Shown in pieces: positions 51,102 through 64,000 of a stretch of 64,000 nucleotides of DNA. Numbering within the stretch: position 1 is the first letter of the stretch; each line of letters starts with the position of its first letter. The notes under the pieces are model-generated. The model saw only the letters and a list, made by a program, of their open reading frames with translations. It was not told the origin of the DNA and ran no database searches. Origin of the DNA: Hydrolagus affinis (taxonomy: Eukaryota); assembly GCA_012026655.1 (NCBI GenBank), contig JAAILG010000636.1:1-64000 (forward strand), in the 5' to 3' direction. The position numbers and the translations under genes are program-made.

Positions 51102-53542
51102 GTATTGCATTTTTGAACTGGTGTCAAACTCTTGGTTTTGATGCATTATTTGTTGTTCAATTGTTAAACAGTGAAGAATTACTTCTGAAACCTCAATTTT
51201 GTCTGCTGTACCTGCTACGCTTTGGCCTGCTTCAGGTTTGTACCGTTTTAAGAAAATTGTCGATGTAGGATTGATGTACTCACAAACTGCTTTTCAATTG
51301 AAACCTGCACTTTGAAGAATGTTTTGATCAGAAAAGTCACTTACACAGCTGAATTTAATTTGGCTAAGTCTCAATTTATGTTTAGAAGTTCGAATCAGAA
51401 GGCTGTATCTCTGATCTGTATTCTATTTGTTGAATGGTGATCAATTCAGTTTCAAACATTCATGATATGAAACTAAAATGCAACATGTTCCTATTGATAG
51501 CTGCTTTCCTGATGTTAATTTTTGAACACTGAAGCGGATTGGTTTCCTTTCAGGGTTATGTCATTGGCCTAATTTGAGTCTTTGTTTCTGTTATGTTGCT
51601 GTGCACAGTGTGTTCATTATACTTGTGTGGGAGAAAGTAGGAACAGTATAACCCCACTTATAAAGCGGAAGTTCAGGTCCGTAAGATCTTCACCTGCCTT
51701 TATAGACTGAGTGAAATTGCTAGTCAGCACTTCTGCATTCACTACACTTCCTGTGTAAAAAATATCTGACTTCTAAGTCGTTAACCCACCGCCACATCAT
51801 TTCCTACACACTGCATTGCAGAGCAGGGACATCAGTGAAGACTTTTTTTGAACATTTTTAGTGAGTGAGAAATCGGCCAGCATTTTTAAGTGAGATGACA
51901 AAATATTAAGTAAGCCACTGGATTTATAATGCATTTTCTAAGTAAATGTCCAGATCTGCTGTCCAATCATGCTAGAAGTGAACCCACATAATAACAATGC
52001 ATTATAATAGATATATTCTAGGGCAATGGGATCTGCATTGATGCCCATTATAAATAAAATAAAATACAAATCTACTATAAACAATTATTTCTATTCAACA
52101 GACAGTAAAATGAAATGTCATGTAGTAAGTTTTCTGTTCCTAAGCACTTTACTGAAAAAGTACAGAGTAGAAGTGGGATGTTTTTTTGAGGAAGAACAAA
52201 GTTTTGTTTTTCAGTTCTCAAATTAAATGGTTGAACTCCCCCTATTTCCTCATACAGTTGGTTTCCGAATTATTGATGAGCTGTTTTCAATCGAAGTTGA
52301 CAGTTCAGCTATTATTTGTAACTTGGCTCACAAGCTCTCCAACTTGCTCCCCTTCTACTTGACTCACCCCTTCATTCAGGCAGCTTGGGCTTTCTGAGTG
52401 TGCCTCGAACCCTCCGCTCCACTGCTAGGAGCCATGCTTTCAATCATTGGTCACTAACTCTGAAACTCCAATGCATCAATCTCCATGCTCTGCCTCCCTC
52501 TCCACCCCCCACCCCCTTAACCCCTTTCTCCTCTCCTCGGTGCAATTATTAAGTATTCTGAGACTCTACCCCATGTGAAGGGTCCCATGTTTCACTTGAA
52601 GCTAAATATCCAGGACAAATGCAAGTTTATAGAATAGCTGAGGTAGAAAATGAAGCCATGAAGTTCGAAATTGAATTCCAATTTTCAGTCTGGTCTGCAT
52701 TGCTTAACAGATGCTGCGAGTCCTAATTCTTATATACAGTATAATTGATTAGTTTTTGACATGTAGACAACAGTGATCTTGCCTTCAGCTTGTAAACTGG
52801 AAACTGTGGTCTAGATGTTAATTTATTTGTTGTAGTGGCTTAAATGCAATGCAGACGCCAAGTTTTAAGGTGGAAATGGGTCATTCCTTGCTTTACCATA
52901 GTTACAAAGGACAACCCTGTTATAATGTTCGCTCTTGTACATGGGAACACTTAATGCAGGTGTCCTTTAGTTACTGGAAGTGCGGATTATCAATCGCTGT
53001 CCACCTGTCATCCTGTGTGCAGCTTATTAATAATAATTGCATTTGTTAGAGCACATTATTATGTTGAAACGTCAAACTGATTAACAGAGCTTTGGGTAAT
53101 GTATCTTGACTGTGTACTTGTGGGAAAACATGGCTATTAATTTGCATCCAACCATGTTGCACAAACAGCCATGATGTGAATAACAACAACAAACTTTATT
53201 TATACACCGTCTTTCACGTCAGGAGGATGTCCCAAGGTGCTGGACAGTAAGGAGTTTGTACCCAAGCTGTGGGTTGGGATAATAATAATAATAATCCTTG
53301 CATTTGATGTCGTGCATTTCACATCTTCTAGATGTCTTAAAGCGCTTCACAGAATATACTGTAAAGTGAATAGACTGTATCGGTGTGGAGGAGGGAAGAA
53401 CACAGTAATGGATGGAGATGATGGAAAGGCACAGTCAAAGAGGAAAATAACCTTTTTTTAAAACTCGGTTGTTGGTCAGGATAAAGAAAGAAATTGCCCT
53501 GTATTTTCCAATAGAGTCTGAACAGATGTTGGTTAACATCTC

Positions 53543-53681
53543 AAAATGCAAAATACTATAGATGCTGAAAATCTGAAACAAAGCAGAAATCGCTGGGAAC
53601 ACTCATATGGTCAGGCAGCATCAATGAAAAAGGGAAAGTGAGTCAACGTTTTAAGTCCACGACCCTTCATCAGAACTGGGG
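53543..53681 (-). mobile_element. Penelope pseudo-LTR end with a decayed hammerhead motif
   Basis: Resembles the common chondrichthyan repeat (agatgctgaaaatctgaaa...ggtcaggcagcatc...aacgtt...gacccttcatcagaactgg); minus strand has CTGATGA-AGGGTC...GACTT-AAAAC. Confidence 0.7.
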
Positions 53682-53682
53682 A

Positions 53683-53980
53683 TGTGGTTAGAGCATTCAC
53701 ATTGCAAGCGAGAGGGTGGTGTTCAAATCCAGATAGGGTGAAACCTTAGGCAAGTTTCCTAACAATATTAGTAATATCCATAATAATAATCCCTCAAAAA
53801 AAATCAATAATAAATTGTTCATTTTCAATCCATAACTGTTTGTCGAACACTGCTGTGTACAATTGTGTTTTGCCCACAAATATACAGTCAATTCACTTTA
53901 CAGTATATTCTGTGAAGCGCTTTGACATGTGTAGAAGATGTAAAAAGCACTATATCAAATGCAAGGATTGTTATTATGTT
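53683..53980 (+). mobile_element. Short-form tRNA SINE
   Basis: gtggttagagcattcacattgcaagcgagag head through tatcaaatgcaaggattgttatt tail. Confidence 0.88.
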
Positions 53981-56111
53981 GGGAGGGAGAGGCTTTTAAG
54001 GTCTAACAGAGAGGGGGTGGTTAAGGCAGAGAGGGGAGAGGATGGCATCAACTATGGAATATTTCCCCAAGCCCTGCATTGAGATGCTATCCTGAACAGT
54101 GAGCAGAAAACCTTGATGTGGGGCTTGAATCCCAAACCTTCTGACTTAAGGGCAACAGTGCTACCAACTGAGTCAGGCACGTCATCGCTTGAAGAAGGTA
54201 CCAATATCACTGTACACGTTGAGCATAACATGCAATGTGCAGGAAGTGGCATGAATGGTGTTCTGATGATCTGCAAATTGGCTACTTTTCATGCTCCATT
54301 TTAACATGGTGGTCTGAGATATTGGACCCGTATGCTATCATGGGATTGTTCTGTATCAATGTGAGAACTATAGTCTTTTAATTATTAGGTGACATTGTTT
54401 TTCTTGATGACGAGGGCAATGCTGATGAGAATTAATTTTGATAAGTTCCTGAAGTACAGGTAGTTATTAAAATGACTAATTATACAATGGAGCGCTTTTG
54501 CATTCAACAGAAAAGGCTGAAGGTATAGGTTAATTCCATACACAAGCAAGAATGAATTCTAAAGCACATAGTTTGACACTATGAAAATGAGATAATTAAG
54601 TTCAGATTATGTTGGAGTTGAACGACTGAAATGTACAGTTAGGGTCCTTTTTATTAACTACCAGGTCAGGATAAATATGATCGGTTAATATGAAGCTTCT
54701 GTGATATTGTTTATAAATTTAGTTGGAACACATTTGCTTTACGTGCAAACATTCTACTCGAAACTCTTCATTAACCCATCACTCCGTTTAAAAATAACTT
54801 CTGAGAGCTGTGGTTAATGGAGGCAGCCTCGACAGAAATGTCTCAGCAACTGACTGACGCCTAGCAAAAGATAGCTTTCAGAAAATACCACTTTTATATT
54901 ATGACATCTTTGTAAAATTATTATTATTAAAATTATTTTTTATTTACATTACTTCTTTCATGTTAAACATTTTTAATCTAAAAGTTTTTCTTCCTTCCCC
55001 AATCAAAAATCATGAAAATTGACCACCAAATTCTGTGGGGTGTGAACCTACATCCAACCGCTCTGTGGTAAGGCTGCCTGCGTGTCAGAGTCGTCTGCCT
55101 TTATTTGTCAGATGATATCCTGTTTGTGTTAGTTCCACCCATTGATGTACCTCCACAGAATCTTGATGCACATCAAGATTTGGTCATTTTCATGTTGCAA
55201 TGAGTGAGCAACAGCAAGCACAATGAAACCTAAACATGTCAAATAGAGTAATTTCAAATCCTTATTTCTTGTTTCTGTTAAAAAGGGAAGAAAATTCTAG
55301 GTAGGATTTTATAACCACTTCAAGCTGTGTTTTTTTAAGGAAAAAAAGATAACTCAGCGTATTCCGTGACATGTCAAATGTGCTCTTTCACTGAAACAGC
55401 CTTATTTGGTCTTCTACCCTACACAGCTCGAGTGAGGTATAGCGAGGGAGGGGTCTAATCTACTCACTTAGAAAATAGGTTTTTATTTAAGGAAGGGGAG
55501 GGGAAAAGAACTAGGTAACCTTCGAGATTTATTTTGCTGGTTAAGAATTTTTACAGTTTATTTGTTCCAGGCGTGCAATGTAAGGCTTGCCATGTGCAGC
55601 AAACTGCACTTTGTAACCTGCAAGGTAAAACTACACTTTTCCTGACACAGCCAATCCTTCCACCAAATTCTTCTCCTGGGGTAATCAGGCAAAACTGAAA
55701 AATAGATATCTCACTCGTATCTCTGATTCAGCCCTTCTATGTAGAGAAATATTATGGTCTGTTACAATACAACCCATGGATTTACTTGCATAGTGTAAAT
55801 GAAATATACATTTTTAATGAAGTTTCAATCTTGCATTACAATACGCTGCTGGGGATGCAAGAATGTCATGGATCTAATAGGATCTTTCAGTATGGAGTTT
55901 GATCTATGTGCAGATGCAATGCCAGAGAAAACATATATTGCATCTTGTTAATCGCTTACTAGTGATGTAATTTGTGTTGTTTTTCTGTGTAAACATTTTT
56001 TTCCCTAAAATTGAATAAGATGAACATACTTGATTGCATTTCAGGTAGGAAAAATGATTCATGTTTTGAGGAATTTTTGCACATCTGATTTGGCCTGACT
56101 GATGAGGTGGA

Positions 56112-56405
56112 GTTGTTTAGCTCAGTGGTTGATTCGCCTTACAATCGAGAGATCTGGGTTAGATTCTTCCCTGTAGGGCAAAATCTTGGGCACGTTTCCT
56201 TACTCCACACGCCTAATAATAATCTCTCAAAAAAATAATAAATTGGTCATTTTTAATCCATTTGTGGGACACTGCTGTGTGCGATTGGCTGCTGCCTTTC
56301 GCCCACAAATATACAGTCAATTCACTTTACAGTATTATCTGTGATGCACTTTGAGACGTCTAGAAGATGTGAAAAGCTCTTTATCAAATGCAAGGATTAT
56401 TATTA
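56112..56405 (+). mobile_element. Short-form tRNA SINE
   Basis: tagctcagtggtt...cttgggcacgtttccttactccacacgcct...gtgcgattggctgctgcc...tcaaatgcaaggattattatt. Confidence 0.9.
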
Positions 56406-59400
56406 CCCGATTGATTATTTACCCCACCCTTGCTCAGAAGCACTAAAATCAAGACATGAAAAGGCACTATATCAAATACAAGGATAATTATTATTATTGT
56501 GACTAGATCCAGTGCAGGAATAAGAACTCCATCAAAACAACGTTGAGATGAAATATATTATGGTGAAAGTGGTTAAGAAATTATCACACAGGGAGAAGAG
56601 GAAACTTGTTTACATTTTGAATCCAGAGTTCACTGAAAACCACTTACCCAAACCACTTGACTCCTGTTTGTTTGTCCTGTGGCCATGTTTCAGCATTTGT
56701 AAAACTCAGCATGGCATTATATGGATATACAAGTAGAAAAACATGAAGAATTGAAGAAGCAATACTACTCATTCCGTTAGTTAGATCTGTAGGTGTAGAT
56801 TTACGACGTGTGATTTATTTTCAAAATGTACACAATTTTATGTGTTGACCTCTGTTGCTGTTGTAAACATTCTTACAATACATTAAAGCATACAAAATGA
56901 TCTTACAGAAACACTGAATAATGTTGTATTTCAATACCTTTAAATATTTTTCATACATAATTTACATTACACCACCTACAGGTTCTGTTTACAGTTGCTA
57001 TGATGTATTAACTCCTGCCAACTGTAAAATAGTAAACACTGGAAGACAGTGCAGCAACAGTAAAGGTACTGTAAAAATGCAAACAATCATCCATCTTTGC
57101 CAAAGCCTCTTTGTCTTCACTTTTAGCTTAATCCAGTATTTATCAGAAACAACACTGTAGAATCTTCCACAGAAACCTGACTTGTACTCTGAAAAGGCTA
57201 TTTAACTGGATTGAAAATTTGATTCCGATATAGTGTACATTGGGGATTTTCTTTATTTCTGGATCTACAAACTCAAGCCACCCACTTGTGTAGCCCTCTG
57301 TGTTAGTGTGTGTAATTCTACAACAATTACAAAATTACATTCGTATAGCGTCTTTCACTTCAGAAGGACGGTCCATTGGCTGATTTGGCTGAATCACACT
57401 TAAGACCTACCGCTCAGCCAAGTTCTCCTGCTACTCCAAGTTAATCTTGGAGGCCAAGGATAACCCTAGGCACCTCTTCTCCACTTTTTTTTGTTTTGTT
57501 GTTGTTAATTTGGATTTGGTCCAGATGCGGTCAGCAGCTCGCATTTGTGCCTTGAGGGATCGGAGATGGCTGGTGACCAGGGGGATTTACGGGAGTAAGA
57601 GGCACTTACCTACCTTCGGGAGGTAAGGGGTTCAAGGGAGTCGAGGATACAGGAGAAGGATTCTACGACTTAAGGAGTGAACATATACTGAACATCATAT
57701 ATATATATATTGGTTTCTCCATAGCTTTCCGACTGGCTTTTGTTGTTATATTAAATGTTTTAGTGAGTGGTTGAAAAAAACTTAGTTCGGCTTTCAGTGT
57801 TGCAGCTGGTGTGTTTGTTTGTCATTGGACAATTATAACACTTTACAGCAGTTAGGCCTGTGAAGAGTGAAGTGCCAAGAGAACTGTAGGATTAAGTATT
57901 TTGGAGGATATCCAAAACAATATTTTGTGCACTTCATTGGCTGAAGGAAATCATGTGGGTTCTGAGGCAGCAAGAACAAGGGAGAAGAAAGTCTTATAAG
58001 TCACTATTTCTTTATACGGTAGAGAAAATAATGGGCATCTTGAACCTACCAAAGGTAGGTATTCTATTAAGTTTGTATTAATTGACTAACTTGAAGTAAT
58101 GGGTTTTATTTGTACAATTTTAACAAAGTACTAAAACTTTTGATATTTGAGAATGTGTTTTCTAGAACCAACAAAAAAATGTTAATTGGGATATGTACTT
58201 TAACATAATGCTGCGGTATCGAGTTCTCGGAAAATATAGACTAACCGTAAGTATATCTGCATGATGGAATACTAATAATAAACCTTGCATTTGATATAGT
58301 GCCTTATCACATATGAGACATCTCAAATTGCTTCACAGAATGTACTGTAAAATGAATTGAACTTATATTTTGTGGGTGAAATGCGACAGCCAATTGTGCA
58401 CAGCAATAACCACTTACACTTTTGAATGTAAACAAGGACATAATTAAAAATGTTGACAACGGAAAATGTATTTATTTTAATTGCTTTAACATAACTGGTT
58501 TCAAACTGAGTATAATTATAAGGATGCTCTACTTGTACAATATTTCTGAGAATAGTGAGTTGTGGTTGCCTTAGCTCATTTCATAGCTCAAATTGGGGGA
58601 AGAAGAAATCAGCAAATGTGCATTGAAATACAGTATATGTATGCAGCTCTTGCAGACTTCTTAATGCTTGTGTAATGTCAATTGATGGAAGTAGCTGGTT
58701 TTTAAAAATATATTAATCATATCTCCACATTATCTGTGGTTTTACTGTGAGCAGAATTGCATTGGATGGAGATGAGCTTTGACAGGTGGTTTCCCTCCAA
58801 CTTTTGAGTTCTTTGTTCTATACCGAAATGTTTGGCTACAGTACCATGCAATGCATTGTATTGTTCTGAATGCTAATTGTGCAGTAAATGGAGCTTTGGA
58901 GCACTTTGCTCTGACCTCAACAAGGAATCCTGCATTGTACCCAACATAAGTAACTACAAGTGTGGAGTGAAATATACACAAAGGTTAACCTGTTTTGTTC
59001 TTTTTACCCCTCCTCTTTTGAAAGCAATGACTTTTGCTAGGGTATAGTTCTGTGGGTGCTGTTGAATCTCCATCATCTTTTCCAAGTGGCTATTTTAGTG
59101 GAAACCAAGCATAATGCCAGCAGATTTACAGTGCAAGCATATTCCTGATTTGTCTTATAGTGTGTGTCAGGCGTAAATAAGACTGTGGAGAAGATCTGTA
59201 CCCGCTTGTGCTCACACTCGCCTTGGAACTCTAGGATATGAGAGCAAAATGGCAAGAGTAAAGAAGTACTGTACAGTATGGCAATTCCAAACAGTATTTC
59301 TTGTTCAGCATTTAATAAGCTTTTCTGAACATAAGTTTTGTGACAACTGCATTTCTCCAGAATGAATTGAAAACCCTGATTAATGGCCATGCATGAAATC

Positions 59401-60478
59401 TTTGCACACAAATATAACCCTAATCATGTTGCAGGAAGCCTGTGGCTGAAGGAGTGACAGATGGAGCTGATCTGAAGACTGGCATTGAGGAAGGAAATGC
59501 AATTCTAAAAGTATCAAATAAAGGTTAAAAGATTAGAGGTTGATATAGTCATGAAATGTCAATTATGAATTTTGGAGGGAATTTGAAGTATATGCAGTCA
59601 GTGGGAAAACAGATATTACAGAAACGTAGTTACAGTACAACAGAAAGATGGGTATAAGATTAAAATTAAACGAGATACCACTGAAATGAGGCAGTGGATT
59701 ACACTTTTAATAATGGTGGCTAAAACCTGGCAGTCGAAGATGACAAAGTACTGTATTCAGGTAAAAAAAAGTTACTCTGTGGCTAATAAAATTGGCCACT
59801 GTAACTTGTTGGGAGAGCTGTTTTGTGAAGGAATTTGTCATGTGGCGATGACAAATATCCTATTTAATATCCTAGAAGTTGAAATAGCTGGTAATGATAA
59901 ATAGGTCAACATTTATTTTTTACTGATCTTGCTACAGTTACATATTGTTTTCAAGTCTAAGGCTGCAATCAAAGTATTCAGATTCATAACGTTTCAAGAA
60001 TGAAAATTGCGGCTTTTTTTAGAGCAGAGAGTTCAGCAGAATAAAGTATGTGCTATGAAGAAATTTGAAATAAATATTAACCAAGGTATCTGAGCTAGAT
60101 AGGATCTAATTTGAAAATCATCAAGAACTTAGTAAAATATGTAACTGTTTTAAGAGCTGCACAGATACAAGAAATCAACCTAAAGACATTAGATTAGTTT
60201 GTGAAACATCTGTGGAGGCAGAAATAGAATTCTTGAAAGCCCTGTACAACAACAACAAAATGAGAATGTTATCTTTGCTTATTTAAAGAATGTTGTATAG
60301 TGGAACCATGGGGATGAACATATGAAGCACTTTGGGACGTCCTGCCGATGTGAAAGGCGCTCTATAAATGTAATTTTGTTGTTGTTGTAAGAGTTTTTGC
60401 TTGACTACATTTGGAGGTTAAAAGGGAGTATTTATGAAGAAGTTTCCTTCGCAGATTAAGTAGAGTGGTTGGAATGTA

Positions 60479-60689
60479 TAGTAAAAGCCCATTTATCTGT
60501 GATCCGATCAATTGTAACTTCCGTATAACCGGCACCTCAAAAAACAGGTCCCCATTCGATTAACTTGAATTTATCCGGCACAATATTATTTTTAAAAATG
60601 TATATGTTTTGTTTTCGGCCGAATGTCCGGCACGAGCTTTAACTGGCATTGGCAGGTTCCAAGGGTGCTGGATAAAGAGGCTTTTACTG
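60479..60689. mobile_element. Tc1/mariner-pogo (Tigger-like) MITE with TA target duplication
   Basis: ta|tagtaaaagcccatttatc ... gataaagaggcttttactg|ta: ~19-bp imperfect TIRs with CAGT-type ends, internal repeated ccggcac. Confidence 0.8.
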
Positions 60690-61981
60690 TAAATGGTTTG
60701 TGGAAGGATGTACATGTGGAACAAAGTGGTGTTTCCTTGTGTTCTTCAGGTTTGAGAATTATTTTTCCTTTTTTAGTTGAGATGAAGTGCATGTTTCCAC
60801 ATTGAAGATCTTCTGAAATACAACATTGTAGATTAGATTTTTTTCTCTGGGAATTAATACAGACAGTTCATCTCACAAGAGCAAGCTTTCTAATTGTGGA
60901 GCTCTGAGTTTCTTTTGTGAGATGCTGTCCAGTGTGGAGAGCGCTATATAAATCCAAGTTATTGTTGAATGGATGTTGTGAAACTTAGGTCCACGACTCT
61001 TGAGATGTTGGCTTGCTACACCAATAACAAATTATATGGAATTGAGTTCAGTTTGTTAATGGCTTCTTCACACATGATTGTATGCACAATTAATAGTACT
61101 GGAAAGCATGCGTACAGTGTGGATGTGGGTTGTAGCTGTGTTCACATACATGAAACTTTCTACTTTGCTGCTGAGGTATTTTTACTGCATCAAAAAAAGC
61201 TATTGTGCTGAATTGTCCTTCTAAAGATCTTATTTACTCTATTTATGAGCTTGTTTGTTTGAATTTTGAAAATTAAATACAAATTTGATATAGACCTTTC
61301 ATGTCAGGAATATGTTTCAAAAAGCACTTCACAGGATATAATGCAAAGTGCAGTGACTACAGTACTTTGTGGTCAAAGAAAACAGCCAGTTTGTCCCCCA
61401 AATAGCTGTCGTCTGAGCTCTCTTTAGGTTTTTCTGATGAACTTATCCTCCCCCAAAAATTGGTCACTCAATCCACTACTGTGTGCAATCAGCTGCCGCG
61501 TTTCCCCCACAAAATATACAGTCAATTCACTGTAAAATGTATCCTGTAAATTGCTTTGAGACATCTAGAAGACGTGTAAAGCGCTATATCAAATGCAAGG
61601 ATTATTATTTCCTCCCCCACCCACGCACAGACCTCTCAGTAATTCCTTTCTGTTAATGTTATGTTCATCTGTCTTACTGTTGGTGTTTCATTTCTTGCTT
61701 TCTGTCAGTCTCTCCTGGATGTCACTGTTGCTCTCAGTCCCTATTTTTATATATTTTCCCCCTTATTTCCTCCCCACCATATGTGCAAATGACCCTCTGT
61801 AAATGTACATCTATCGCTGTATGTATATCTCCTTCCATTTATGTCACTAACTCTCTTTCAGTTCTGCTGTTATGTCCGTTTTTCTTTTGCATTAAGTCTT
61901 CTATTTATAATCATACAATTCCCTAATTCATACATCCACCTGAGTCCCATTCAGATTCCTGTCAAAATTGTAAAGTCTTTG

Positions 61982-62342
61982 AAACTCAATGGTAGAGCAC
62001 TCACCTTGCAAGCGAGAGACCAGGGATCGCTTCCCAGCAGGTCGAAAAGTTGGGAAAGTTTCCTTAATCTGCACACCTCTGTTTACCTAGCAGTAAGTGG
62101 GAACACAGTTTTTAGTCGATTGGCGGATCGCTTTTCTGGGTTTGAAAATTCCCTTTTTAAAAAAAATGAAGGGAATTCATCACTCAATCCATGACTGTTT
62201 ATGGGACACTGCTGTGTGTAATTGGCTGCCATATGTCATCCACGAAGCATGCAGGTAAATTCACTTTGTAGTATATTCTTTGAAGACATCTTGAAGACAT
62301 GATAAGGTGCTGTAGGAAATGTAAGGATTACTATTATTATTT
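61982..62342 (+). mobile_element. Long-form tRNA SINE (CORE-like + Deu 3' part)
   Basis: ctcaatggtagagcactcaccttgcaagcgagagacc head; gttgggaaagtttccttaatctgcacacctctgtttacctagcagtaagtggg; then gggacactgctgtgtgtaattggctgcc and tail. Confidence 0.85.
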
Positions 62343-64000
62343 AGATTTCTTTGCACAAAACGGTAATGCTGCTCCCCTATTTGCCATTACTCCTGCACTA
62401 ACTGGCCGCATTGAATTGCAGGAGATGTCCTGACCCAGCGACATGTGCACTTACTCTTACTCAGTTCTCAGAACTGCTGTATTTACAACTTTTAAGTTGT
62501 ATGCAGTATTTTCTCCCCTACCAAGAGTTTTACCTGCATTTTCAATTAACCCATTGTAGTAATACTTTTATATCTTTACAACCAGAGGAGATCTTTTTTC
62601 AATGGGCGAGGGAAAGTATTCCCTATAAAACCAAATTCTTCAATCCTTCATGAATGCAACTGGAAATTTATAACATTTCCTTTTTTAAAAAAAAATGAGC
62701 ATCTGAAAACTTGGGTGTCAAGGTATTATTTACAGTTTAAGGAAAAATAACTTGCATTTTATAGTTCTTTATCAACTAAACATATGAAAGTATTTCACAA
62801 GTAATTATTATCTAGTGCAGCCTTTTGGGAGGGAAGGTAAGTTTACAAATTGTGTGCATATTCATTGGATATTCCCTGGCAAGTTGGGGTGGAGCTGAAA
62901 ACTGCTGAAGTGTTATTTTTAGCTGACTTGTAAGTAAAATTCTGGCCACTAATATGGCATAGTTTTCGACTCTTGAACATTTACTTCTGCCATGTGTTGG
63001 AACAACAGAGAAGTCTGCCGTATGGGTAACTGACATCTTCATCAATTTCACAGCAGGCTACTTTAGTTTAGCTTTCACTCGACTGCTTTATAGGATTTTC
63101 TTCCATTGCTGTCTGACTGGGCTGAAAGTCTAGACACAGTGATGTAGGACTTACTTGGAATCACAATGTGATTATTGTGAATGTTAAGCAGTAGCAGCTT
63201 CCCCTGCCATGCAGGCTCCTTGGCCAAACTGCTGGTACAAAGACTTTCCTTTTGTTCTTGAAGAGGAGCTTATCCAGCCTGACGCAGACTGTGAAATAAA
63301 CCTTTTACCCTCCCCCAAAAAATCCATGACTATAAGGTGTAAGGTCAGCAATTTAACCTCTGACCAGAAAATAAGAGGGCAAGGGAGTTTCAAAATTTTG
63401 GAGAAGAACAAGGGAACAAGATCTCCAAGGTCTATTAGTCTTGTTTCTCAAAGGCAGGTTAAACAGATGACTGACGGGAATGGTTACATGGGTTCTAGTA
63501 AAACATGTGTGATGTCAAAGTATAAACTGGCTTTGTGCTAATAGGGAAACCGCATAGTTTAGTTTGGTAGCCTGCATTCTCCCTTAGTACAACAGCAGTT
63601 TGAGTGGGGAAGGCAGAACAAAGCAATTCTGTTTTTCCACTTGTGGGCTCATAAGAATTGATTATTTTGTAGAGTTTAACATGCATTGACTGAATGAAAC
63701 TAATGCTGAGTGTTAAGTTTGTAACATTCACAAGTTCCCAACATTATGATAGTTTTAAGATAGCAGACAGGATATGGATTGTTAAATGAGTGTGCTTAAT
63801 TTGCATTGGCATATTTAATATGTAACATCAATAATATATTAAATGACCAATTCATTTGTCTTGTAATCCTTCTGCTGTGCCTGCTGTTAGTCAGCAGTAT
63901 TGCACTTGCTGACATCAGTGTTTGAGCCTAACACAGTTAATAGGGAAATGAAATCTAGAGGGAGTGCTTTTTGTTCAATGTATTCCCACTGGAAGTAGAA

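Noticed and set aside
51102-64000. DENND1B exon 3 (expected ~44 nt, DP.VLWKFPEDF.DQ)
   Set aside because: No matching sequence found by eye; presumably beyond the window.

Overview
Vertebrate genomic DNA, most likely a cartilaginous fish (inferred from Deu-type tRNA SINEs, L2/CR1 LINEs and shark-type Penelope ends). Almost all ORFs in the supplied track are spurious; the real genes are spliced. I recognise a three-exon C1orf53 orthologue on the minus strand (about 16.0-21.8 kb) and the promoter plus first two coding exons of DENND1B on the plus strand (47.5-51.1 kb), with its long intron 2 running to the window end. The first ~9.9 kb is nearly free of transposons and CpG-rich. From the human order DENND1B-C1orf53-LHX9 I infer it is the LHX9 upstream region, but no LHX9 coding sequence is visible. 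Most notable oddities: two separate apparent +1 frameshifts in C1orf53 despite intact splice sites; a foldback element with internal TTAGGG repeats inside an L2; a local inverted duplication fused to an L2 5' junction; a SINE combining CORE-like and Deu modules; a decayed Penelope hammerhead motif; and two uORFs in the DENND1B leader. I found no convincing wholly new multi-gene system. All homology calls are from memory, not from searches.
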